DNA of 60,140 nt, counting the filler, from Hausera hauseri (lineage: Eukaryota), in the NCBI GenBank assembly GCA_046269625.1. It is 10 parts of 10 records of this genome, joined end to end, with 100 filler letters (N's around TTAATTAATTAA, not from the genome) between each part and the next. Parts side by side here need not be neighbours in the genome. Positions count along the whole stretch, not along the records: positions 46,710 to 50,941 come from JBJURY010686327.1; positions 51,042 to 55,435 come from JBJURY010603999.1; positions 55,536 to 60,140 come from JBJURY010508907.1; 7 more parts are not named here. One strand, written 5' to 3'. The notes below the pieces were generated by a model that did no database searches, was not told the origin of the DNA, and saw only the letters and a program-made list of their open reading frames with translations. Every line of letters begins with the position of its first letter. The first letter of the stretch is position 1. The translations under genes and the position numbers were made by a program. Below, piece by piece: positions 49,252-60,140 of the stretch.

Positions 49252-52200
49252 GAGTGTGGTGCAGAAACGCCATTTTCACACTACTCTAAAATCTTAAGGG
49301 CTAAATCTGATATGACGTTAAAATTAAAGTGACGTCAGAGTGAATGGATGAGAAAGAGTGCGAGTGCACAATAATCCCATCTGTTAGAGACGTAAAACAG
49401 TGTCTAATAAATAGCGATTCTAAAATAGGCGTATATTATAGACTGTATTTTAGAGTCAGATCGTTAGAAGAACTCGAATGCTTAATAGATTTTGGAATTA
49501 TGTCAGACGAAACAAATCATATAGTAGTTACGATCGCCAATGAAGAAACCAAAGAAGAGGCTATACTCAATGCCAGAACAGAGCAATGCGTAAGACAAGT
49601 TATGTAAATGCAGGATGCTGTAATGTATTGCGAATACTTGCAAACGGATGATGATAAAGAACAATATGACATAAAAGCGAAGTTGTGTCGCTAACAGCAA
49701 AGCAAAATCTTTCTGTTGGAAAGCCAGGAAAATAAGAGAAGATGCTGACTATAATGGAAATTCTATTAGAAGATTAAAACAAATATTGATACCTACGCTT
49801 GATTCGAATAACAAAGAAATGATGGAACACATGAATAAATAAATTTGTATAGTAAATTATTCTAATATCCCTGGTGATGTACTAGATGAGAAAAAAATTT
49901 AACACAATGCGGCTATACCGATGAAAAATTCTCGTTTTAAATTATCTAAGTATTCTGATCGACGAAACGGTGATTGAGAAAAAACAATAAATAGTTGGAT
50001 ATTAGTACAAACCCAATGCGAGAAAACGAACTTAATAAAGTCAATAGCCTATCCAGGAAAGCAACTAGACAGTTGCCTTGAGAAATAAATTGGCCTAGAT
50101 TAACTGAAAAGGATGATGACTATCAGTCTAAACAATACTCTAGTAATAATGCTAGCAGAATCGAATTCGTAGTACGGAATCTGACATCAACCGGCATTAA
50201 TAGATGGAATTATTCAAATTGGCTAATTAATTTCCTAATATGGATGTTCGTAAAACCAATGGTAGCTGTTCCAATATATAACTGATAATTTCATATTTGG
50301 CCAAAAGTATTCATTAATGGATTTAGAAATATGCGAAGACGCTAGACTGCACAAATGAGAAAAGTAATGTACTATATCAACAAAGTGAGTTAATTTCCCT
50401 AGACGGAATGGGATGTGTTATCTAGATCTCATTGTCTTTTTCATTGTGGTCAAATGTATGGACATTCATTGATAATAAAGCCGACAGTTCCACCGATTCC
50501 GGTGAATTTGTAAAGGCAACACGGCAAAAAAGCTAGAGAAACTGGTAGATTAGAATGGGATGGTATGGAACTTGAAATGTAGCAAGGTAAAAATAAATAG
50601 GTCATTTAAGGTAGCAGTTGGAAATTTAGATATGCATACAGGAGTATGAACTGGAGCAGAATACGATACTGGAAAAGGAAAAGAAGGAGGTGCGGTAGTT
50701 GTTAATTTTTACGAAACCGAAATGCGAGCTCAAAAGCGATGTTCCATAGTGTTACTAAACTGTACACTGAAAACCGAAAATATCACATACAATACAGCAA
50801 AAAGATGGGAACCACCCTCTAAAACAGATTGTAGCTTTATTAAAATTAAAGAAATAAAGTTTAATGAAACTTCTGGGAACTACGTAAAGACGTGGCAGTC
50901 CAACCTACTCCAACTATATTAGTCTCTGACACACATGGGTTNNNNNNNNNNNNNNNNNNNNNNNNNNNNNNNNNNNNNNNNNNNNTTAATTAATTAANNN
51001 NNNNNNNNNNNNNNNNNNNNNNNNNNNNNNNNNNNNNNNNNAAATTCGTTTGGAAATTGATAATTACAAGCTCTTCTCGGCACCGATGAAATGCAAAATG
51101 CATAAATATGTCTGCCAGTGATCAACTAAATTTTGTGTCTTAAATTTTATTTAAAAAACTACTATTATCTGGCCAGTCCTAAATTTGTCAGTTGTGTAGA
51201 CATTTGCGTTCTCTTAAATCTTTTACAAATGTAGAGACAGAAAATAATGGCTTTTTCCCATTATTTTCACTCAGTCAAGATTTTCTGAATCAACATTTAC
51301 AACATGCACCACCAGACAGCTATCCGAATTATAACAATTCATTTCTATTTGATGTATCTTACAAGAGACATTCACGCCCAGTATTTCTGTGGTTTTTATA
51401 ACAATTAGTCAAAGACGCGCCAAATATATTGGTGAATATTGATATGAAAAAGAAATATTTGTTGACCAAGCCAAAACAATTCAATTTTCGTTTCTATTCT
51501 TGATCAGTGTTATTTTAATCTTCGATTTATACTGTTTTGTGGAACTTGTGTAATCGGAAATGTATTCGTCTAATTTCCAATCCCATGTGGAAAATTTGGC
51601 TTAAGCTATGATTGTACACCATTTCTACCCGAGATGAGATGGGAATGTACATTTTATATTACATATCAGCATTTCATGTCCAACTTTCCTGATTATTCGT
51701 AATTAAAATTTGGATTCGACTTAATTTCCATTCCCATGCTGTTCTTTTACATTATCTCGCACGAGTTTGAAGGGTGGTGCGGTGACTCTTCCTCAATCAC
51801 CTGCACCTGTTTATATTTGTATTGAATACTAATTTTCAGACTCGATCAGGGAAAACAAAATTTTGAACATATACCTTTCAAATTTTCCATTTTTACATCT
51901 ATTAATATTTGTCTTACAGAAATTTCATGACGTTCTGTAGAAATAATTAAAAACCTGCCCAATATTCGACTGTAGTCTCTAGTAACGTGACTAATAATTA
52001 GACGGTTACATGTTATGATGGAAGAACATTAATGACATTTTGAAAATCAAACTTTAGTAGAACATGAATCGAAAAATAAAACAAAAATTTTATGAGATTT
52101 CAAAATTCATCTGCACAGTAGGAAGAAATTGACGAAGTATGAAATATGAAGTACTTATTGCGCAATTTTATATTTGCTAGCAATTATTTTTTCATATTAT

Positions 52201-52673
52201 AAATCATCATACAAAATCCTGACTAACAAAAAAGTATATTTCTTTGCAAGAAGTGAAACCTTTTTACGAAATGAGTAGGGGAATGTGAGGACACGGCGCC
52301 CATATAAATTTCCGATCTCGAACCCCCCCACCAGGATTGGAAATCGATAATCAATGTTTTATATGGGAAAATTTTAGAAATTAATATTTTTTATGGTATC
52401 GATTGACGCCGTCGGGGTTTCACTATTCCCACCCCCACAAAATCAATATTTTATATAGGAAATTTGGGCGCCGTCATGGTTTCACTATTTCCACCCCCAA
52501 TTTGATGTAAATACGCCTGTGTAAGTGTCACTTGTGATTAAAAATGTCTGAAAATTTGTCAACATTTAAATGTACACTATGACAAACATAAGACAAAACG
52601 CAAGACAAAACATAAGACAAGGAAGTCTGACCAAATACTTATTAATATAACGCATACAAATAATCAAATAATT

Positions 52674-55435
52674 ACACATTTGTACAATAATGTCCATAGG
52701 CGACAATTTTGTTTTTCGATATTCAGGGTCGTTTGTCATCAAAAGGGTCCAAAGCTTTTTTTTTTGTACTAATCGTCATCAGTTGATGGTTCTTTGTCCC
52801 AATCCGTTTTTGATCAACAATTGTCTCACATCCATTTTCATATGCTTGGAGGTAGTTGCTGAAGTGTAAATCGGTTTGTTTCAGATTGATACCCTTACAT
52901 TTCAGCACTGGTTTGGTTTGGGTTTTTAAGGCATAGGCTTTCGGTCTTAGGAAAATCGCTTCTTGATATTCAGCACTATCTTTACTTTCATCCTTAAATT
53001 TTCCAATTACCGAAGCGAAAGGAGTAAAATAAAGAGGGTCTTTAGCATCATAGTTAGAAATGTACAACAGTTCGTTTGCTATCATTGCCGGTAAGAGCTG
53101 AGTTCACAAATCAACACCGCGACACTCAAGAAAGAAACTGTCAGTGTCACTAGCCACAATATGTAGTTCACAATTAAACTGGTGCCTATATGACTCTAAC
53201 TCTAGGGAATGCAGTTCATACATTCTCAACTGGGAAAGATCAAGTACAGCCTGACCTATGTATGAGGGTCTATCTAAGGTAACCATATATTTATGAAGGA
53301 GAACAGCAACAAGTTCATCGGTTATTATAACGCTCTCTTTAAACTGGGCCTTACTAGCATATGTAACAAGCTTTTTAGCATTATTACGTAGTCTCAAGTT
53401 TTACCTTTTTAAGAGGTTTTCGACTGTTTTGCCATATAAGCTATTGTTCTTGAGATTAAAAAGTCTTTTTCAAAAGGATTTTTCGCAGCAGCCCTCTTAG
53501 CAGTGTTTAGATCGATGTAATCCTTAAAGACATAGCCTTGGTCAAACTCAACAACCCGATGAACCTTTTCATCTACAGCGCCTAACTCAATGTACAACTG
53601 TAAGAGTTGATAGTGAACAACGTAGTTGGACTTACGCACATGTGTAAAAAGCAATTTCTTAACTTTTAAACCCGGTGGACATTGGTTGATTGGGGCTAAA
53701 GGCAGTTTGTCCATCTTATCATGTTTGTCTGCCGGAATGCTTATGTCAACTTCAAAGACTAAGCCTCGTTTTTCATAACACAGTCAATATAGAGCAATTG
53801 TTCAATCAGACTATGTAATTTATTTTCATCATAAATCCAAGTCAAATTCGCAAATGGCAGAGGTTGTGATAAAGTCCAGCCGTACAAATTATTTACATCT
53901 ATATACAAGAGACTAGTGGTTTCACCAGAGACAATCCTATGCTTATTTACAAAAGTTATGCCACCACGAATACCCCACTGAAAGAACTGTTACATCTCTG
54001 GATCCTGGATAAGCTCAATCTTACAAGGACTGGTTTTTAGTACTGTTGCCCAACTTAAACCTGGAATTGAGACAAAGTTAACGGCTTCTAAACCATCTTG
54101 AAACTTAGCCTCTTTTCTAAATTGTTCAAAGACATCTCCTAACAAGTATACATCGAGTTTTATGTATACTAACATATAATCTAACAGGCAGTTGCAACTG
54201 TATTTTGACCAAACCGTTAGTGCTTCCTCATAATCACTATCACTAACACCATCCAATTTCGGTGATAACTGCTTAATAGATTGCAAATAACTAAATGTTT
54301 TAGCTGCAGTATATGGAAAATTTCCTTTTCCCTTAATAATGTCAGAAGGAAAGGCCGTTTCAGTCAATGGATAGTTATCTAAGTTGCAAGCCAAAGTCTT
54401 AAATGAAGCCGGAAAAAATTTCAAGGAGTCTAGAAATCTAATAGAAACAGGCTTTTTACATGAACATTGTATATTTGCCCGCATGGTTAAAATTTCTCTG
54501 TCGTTTGTGGAGTGACACTGAAGTCCCAACTTCCGAATTTACTTACTGTGTGTTTCAAGATATAATGGAGGTCATATCCACGCAAATTATGGAAAATTAC
54601 ATGCAAATTATATGTGATCTTACGAGCCAAGTTACATTTGTTACAAGCAAGGCCTAAGAATTTACCCGTAACGTGACAGTGATCTCGAATAAAGTCAGAA
54701 CCGGTTTCATGACAGAGGTAACATTCTGTAGCATTTTTAAAACGAGAGCATTCAGCAGATGTTAACGGAATCATGGGCTTTTTGGCATTCTGGTAGAACG
54801 TAAAAACTAAGGTTTTCACAATGTTTTCCAGATAAGCTAAAAATTCGACTATACAATTTTCACCAAGAAACTGTTTGTATTCAATACTGGTTGATGAAAC
54901 TAGTAAAAGACCGCCTGCTGCAGGCAAATAAATATGTTTAACCTTATCATCAGGGAAAGAACAGATTCAAAGTCGGCATATACAAAAAAGGCGGACTAAT
55001 GGATTTTGACCAGTCCTTAATTTCACAAAACTTATTTTCGGGAATTTTGTATAAAGTCATGCATTTGGAAGAAGACATGAACATTGGTAAATGCTTAGTG
55101 TAAGCAGTATCAAGTCTAAATTCATGTAAACATTTCTCACACCAATGTTTACATTGAATGCGGATTATCTTACTGTTCATATTCAACAGTCGATTAAGAT
55201 TAGGTACAGCAACATAGTGAAAGTGATTATCATTTTCCAAAAACAACAAGCTAACTACAGTACCATTCGGATTTTTGCTGTGATACAAAATATCAACGAA
55301 TAGATTTTTCACTATGTTCTCATCAAAATCCACATAATCCTCATCATGATACCAAAAGATATTAATTGAAAGCTGTAGATTCTGTTTCTCAAATTTGGCT
55401 ATATTGCATATCTTCATCGGCATGTCATCTATGGA
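52674..55435 (-). pseudogene. polB: Second Polinton/Maverick-type PolB, degenerate, 5' end cut by the contig edge
   Basis: HYVAVPNLNRLLN, CEKC...H, RDHCHVTGKFLGLACNKCNL, FHNLRGYDLH, FLDSLKF, KGNFPY, GIRGG, YIDVNNLYG, SDTDS, GKFKDE, LRPKAY, DDKR. Confidence 0.94.
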
Positions 55436-55704
55436 NNNNNNNNNNNNNNNNNNNNNNNNNNNNNNNNNNNNNNNNNNNNTTAATTAATTAANNNNNNNNN
55501 NNNNNNNNNNNNNNNNNNNNNNNNNNNNNNNNNNNTAAAACAACCCTTAATCAGTTGACAGCTCAAACTTTTTTATAAGATGTCTCGTACATTATTTAGA
55601 GATTACTATACAACGAGGGACGAGGTGGCTAAGCCGAGATCAAATTAACCCGCGATACTAAAAGAAATATAACCTGTGGTGGATATTCCACTTTCTTACT
55701 TAAA

Positions 55705-55706
<2 letters not shown>

Positions 55707-55739
<33 letters not shown>

Positions 55740-56100
55740 GTGCCTTGCATAACGGCGTCGGCGATCATGTCTCTCCAGATCTCTCTATCTCTTGTGTTTC
55801 ATATCAAATCTGTGGATGTTTTAAGACCACGCCATGTTGACAAACCATCTATAATCTTCTGCCTCTGTCTTCCTCTAGCTTTCTTCCCAACTATTTTGCC
55901 TGTCTGTTGTTATCACATTCTCCAGTCCTCCCTTCCTTACCACATGTCCGAAAAATTTTGATTGTCGTTTTTTTATATCTGAATTTTATTCTTCTTTTCT
56001 CATTAGCTTCTTTTAATACATATTCATTTGACTTTTTCTCTGTCTGTGATATTTTCAACATTCTTCTCATGAACCACATCTCTGTTACCTCTGAATGCTT
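55707..56100 (-). mobile_element. RTE-clade LINE 3' end with (ATG)n tail
   Basis: EMWFMRRMLKIS.TEKKSNEYVL...FFGHV.RKEGLE...GKI.GKKARGRQR, followed by a (CAT)n run at 55707-55739. Confidence 0.87.
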
Positions 56101-57290
56101 TTGTATTTCTTATTCATTGTCCCTGACTCACTTCCGTAAAACAGTATAGGAATTATATCATTCTGTAGGACCTTCTTACTTATTTGTAATGTTAAAGACG
56201 TATTCAAAGGATTACAACTAATTTATCACTGGGTGCAAAAATGTAAACTTCCGGGGATCGCCAGCTAAACCTTGGTAATAATGAAGAAATAATCCAATAA
56301 ATATCCAACAAAGTAAATATATGCTATATTTTCTAAATCTCCTACCTTCTCTTGAAGCATGAGGCATTATTTTATTTTCTCCATCTAAATATGTTTTTGG
56401 CAAATCAGCTCATTCTCTCCAGTTCGTTAGCAGTCTCCGTCTGTTTTCTCCTTATAGTTCATATATAGGTCTCTATGGGTCAGCCCTTGCTTATTGCGTT
56501 GCTGGATTCCTCTTTAGAGCAAGACCTTTGAGATCTGTTTTTCTCCCAACCATTTCCATCCTAATGAGTACAAAAGGCGCAATGAAATTAATAGAAGTCG
56601 CAAAGCACTGCAGGAAATTGTTTGAAAGATTTAAAGACCCGATCACAAGAAACGTATGACACAAGAAGTTCAGTTATGCAACTAATGGACAAAATATGAT
56701 AAAACATGCAACGGCAATAAATATAGAAAAAGGTACATCAATTAAGTCCATTATGAATTTTTGGAACAGCAGTGCATTCAAAATGAGGTGAATAAATAAA
56801 ACAAGGGATTTAACAAGTAAAGAACATGGGATTTAATACATGAACACTATTCTCTATATGATTATAGTATTACTAGTGACCACTTTCTGTTGAAGTGTTA
56901 CTGTTTATGAGGATCAAATATACCGCTTGTTCAAAGACTAAGACGTCCGGTCTTTGTTCATTAGATAGAAGTACGGATAACTAAACAAGGGGAAAAAAAA
57001 CAATATGGTAAAATCGTTCTTGTGGAAATATTATGCATAACCTGAATCGTTACTGTGATGTTCACAACTTTTGCTGCAAATGTAAATGTAGAGGGCCCCC
57101 GAATAGCATATCGAGGGCGATTGGTGCTTGGGTGCTGGTTTAAAGTATTGTAAAGATTACTCCTTAAGTATTTCTATTTGCTTATTTTCATGGTTTCAGC
57201 CAGCCCCCGTGTTGGTTATCTATGACAAGTCAAGGACGAATTTGCATCAATTGCTCATTTACTGAGGCTAAAGGTTCATAAGATAAAAAA

Positions 57291-58361
57291 ATGAACCACA
57301 AAACCGGCAATTACTCATTAACACACAAAACGGATACGGACAGTGCCTCGGCGATGAACATTATCAGTGAGACACAGAAACAAATCGCTCTAGAGATAAA
57401 CTATTTAGTTTTCGGCAGTTTAATTAGTGTGTTCGGGATATTTGCTAATGTGATAAATTTAATAGTGTTTTGCAAGCAAGGACTGACAACTAGTATGAAT
57501 ATTGTATTCTTCTCATTGGCCATTTCCGACCTCGGGGGTTTGATAATCCAGCAATGGTTCGGCATTTGGCTAAATCACTCATTATTTGAAAAGTATGACG
57601 TAACTATCGTGTCTCCGGAAGTTCATTACACGGTGGCTGGGCTTCTAAGAGTGACCATGTCAAACACAACTTGCTTAATCACCATATATATTACAGCGGA
57701 AAGATGCTTCTGTATAGTTTATCCTCTGCGCGTCAAACAAATAATGACTCAAAAAAGAACTACTTTTGTTATGGTTGCTATTTATAGCTTTACGTTTCTT
57801 AGCATCGCTCCTCTGTATTCAGCCACGGACGTCGATTGGAGGTTCTATCCGAGCAGAAACAAAACTCTACTCGGCCTTCATTATAGAAGTTACAGCGACA
57901 GACTGGCAGAAATTGTGTTTGCTTTTCAGTCTTTTATAGAACTGTTATCTTTCTTGGCTGTTTTAATATTTACAACAATTTTAATAGAAAAATTAAGAGA
58001 AAAAGGCAAGTTTCGCCAATCAGCAAATGTCGGCAAAGATAAGTCAGACACGTTATCAAATAGAGACAGAAAGGCCATGAATTTAGTTGCCATGATCGCT
58101 AGTATTTTTATTGGATTCTACACACCTAGTTTTTTGTTATTCCTAGTGACTTTCTTTGAGCCACAGTTTAGCATTGTTGGGCTATATAGCAACTGCTTTC
58201 ATTTCATGTGGTCGTTTGGGCTGACATTCCACGCTATAAATTCAAGTGTTAACATTATAGTGTATTTAAAAATGAGCACCAAATACAGGTCAACATTTTA
58301 CCAGCTTTTTTCACACACAAAAAAGTGGGAAGATCGAGATAAACCCACCACAGAGAACTAA
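57291..58361 (+). CDS. Single-exon rhodopsin-family (class A) GPCR, gastropod chemosensory/peptide-receptor-like
   Basis: Intact 356 aa with 7 hydrophobic helices; GIFANVINLIVF, FFSLAISD, ITAERCFCIVYPL (DRY equivalent), INSSVNIIVYLKMSTKYR. Typical of the Aplysia/Biomphalaria expanded receptor families. Confidence 0.92.
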   Translation: MNHKTGNYSLTHKTDTDSASAMNIISETQKQIALEINYLVFGSLISVFGIFANVINLIVFCKQGLTTSMNIVFFSLAISDLGGLIIQQWFGIWLNHSLFEKYDVTIVSPEVHYTVAGLLRVTMSNTTCLITIYITAERCFCIVYPLRVKQIMTQKRTTFVMVAIYSFTFLSIAPLYSATDVDWRFYPSRNKTLLGLHYRSYSDRLAEIVFAFQSFIELLSFLAVLIFTTILIEKLREKGKFRQSANVGKDKSDTLSNRDRKAMNLVAMIASIFIGFYTPSFLLFLVTFFEPQFSIVGLYSNCFHFMWSFGLTFHAINSSVNIIVYLKMSTKYRSTFYQLFSHTKKWEDRDKPTTEN

Positions 58362-58809
58362 GAAAACTAATAAAAATGTTCCTCACTGCTTCAGCTTGTC
58401 ACAAATAAGGAATTTTTTCTCCCGTGCTTATTTTGTGCGTTTCGCTATCGTCCATTCATTTCTATTTACTGCAGTGCGTCATATTGTTTTCTATTTTATA
58501 TGGGACGTGTCAAATGGAAACCGACTCCTCAAAAAACAGAAAAAACTAACCATCTAACATATCGTCTTTTTAATCCGTTGGAAAAATTTCTTCGTCTACG
58601 TATTTTACCTAAAAGAAACTACACATCGTAAACACACACAAACTTGATGTCGCAAATAAGGAACGTTTGATACTGCAGTGAGAGAGTCTCTAAATAGTAA
58701 ACTTCACGCAGAATAATAATTTGTAATATATGGCTATAAATTATAGACATTTCTAAGCGAACTAGAAACTGGCAGTAGCGACTTATCCATGTTCACAGAC
58801 TTAGCAATG

Positions 58810-60140
58810 CTAAAAAACGGGAAAAAAGGAATATAATATATAATGTTAAATGGTATGTTAAAACTATGTAAAACAGGAAAAACCACGCAAGTAGCAAAGG
58901 AAGTGAAAATCTATAATATAAATCTACTAGGAATTTGTGAAACAACGTGGATAGGATCAGAACAGAAGAAACTGAGCTCAGGAGAATAAATCGTATACTC
59001 AGGTCATGAAGATGAAAATTCACCGCATACCCAAAGAGTAGGACTGATGCTATCAAGACCAGCACAGAAAGAGCTCATTGGATGGGAGGCATATGGCCCA
59101 AGAATTATAACGACATCATTTCACACAAAGAAAAGAAAAATCAACAAGAATGTGACGTAGTGTTATACACCAACATATTATAATGAAGAAACAACCAACG
59201 AAGAATTCTACAGCAAACCAGACTCAATGTGAAAAAAAAATGCCTGTCGAGAGATGTTAACATCATCTGAATGCAAAAATTGGAGATGATAATGAGGGAA
59301 ATGACGACTTAATGGGTTGCAGTGGACATGTGACAATAAAAGAAAATGGAAAAATTTTCGTAGACTTCTGCGCATCAGTTTGGTTATAGGAGGTAGTGTT
59401 TTTCATCAAAAGAGAATACATAAAGCAACCTGGGTGTCATTGGATTATAGGACAGAAAACCAGGTGAACCACATTTGAATTAGCAAACGATTCAGGAAGA
59501 CCTTTGAAGATGTGAGGGCAAAAAGGAGAGCGGCTGTATCCTCAGACCACAATTTAATAGTGGCAAAACTGAAACTAAAAAGAGAATGGACGAAAGAGCT
59601 ATCACAAAACCAGAATTACAATATCCAGTATCTAAATGACACTCAAAAATTAGAAGAATATGAAATTAATATTGGGATCTAAGAAATATCAGACCAAAGA
59701 ATGGATATCGGATGAAAATTTAGAAAACATACAGGTACGAAAATAACAGAAGGCAATGATACACAGTAGTCGTAAAAGTGCAAAGAAAGAGAAGGCACAT
59801 GAAGAGTAGACTGAAATACACAGAGAAACAAAGAAAAGCATTCGAAAAGGGAAACGAAAATACATAAACAGCCTAGCAGAAGAAGCAGAAACAGCTGCCA
59901 AGAAAGGCATAATGAAAGAGTTATATGACGCTACTATGAAACAATCAGGGAAATTTGATAGCCCATGAAAACCTGCAAAAGAGAAAGAATGAAAACATAT
60001 TTTAGGGTTAAGAAAACAAATGGATAGATCGATGTAACACTTCAAGGAACTATTAAACAGACAACTCCACAAAACCCACCAGATATTCAACTTGCCAAGT
60101 GGACTTACCCATAACGTGTGAAAAATCTAAAAAAATCAAA
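58810..60140 (+). mobile_element. RTE-clade LINE 5' part (APE endonuclease and linker), degenerate
   Basis: LLGICETTW, YSGHEDE..H..RVGLML, GPRIIT..F, CYTPT, HKATWVS...TENQVNHI, SDHNLIVAKLKL. Confidence 0.9.

Noticed and set aside
58793-60090. Hydrophobic minus-strand ORFs
   Set aside because: Antisense to the A-rich RTE LINE remnant.

Overview
This is eukaryotic (animal) DNA and not one continuous locus. Ten short contigs are joined by identical artificial 100-bp linkers (44 N + TTAATTAATTAA + 44 N), so adjacency across linkers means nothing. Contigs 1 and 8 (1-4592, 46710-50941): a small RING-plus-acidic ORF, a CxxC ORF, satellites and a ~1.8 kb terminal-inverted-repeat (TIR) element. Contigs 2, 5 and 6: three decayed, related Ty3/Gypsy elements of the CsRn1/Kabuki type; the two copies that include gag have a doubled CHCC zinc knuckle. 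Contigs 3 and 9: two decayed Polinton/Maverick-type PolB genes. Contigs 4 and 10: gastropod-like DNA with Penelope, RNase H-containing LINE and RTE remnants, a Thr-rich exon and an intact single-exon rhodopsin-family GPCR. Contig 7: repeat-built, largely GC-rich DNA resembling an rDNA intergenic spacer, with hairpin repeats that show compensatory changes. The most unusual signal is a set of intronless host-gene pieces spliced co-directionally into or beside the mobile elements: NUP35 inside PolB, a DNAJB6-like piece just before PolB, and an in-frame GCN1/transportin-1 chimera before a Gypsy gag. All homology calls are from motif recognition by eye; no searches were run.
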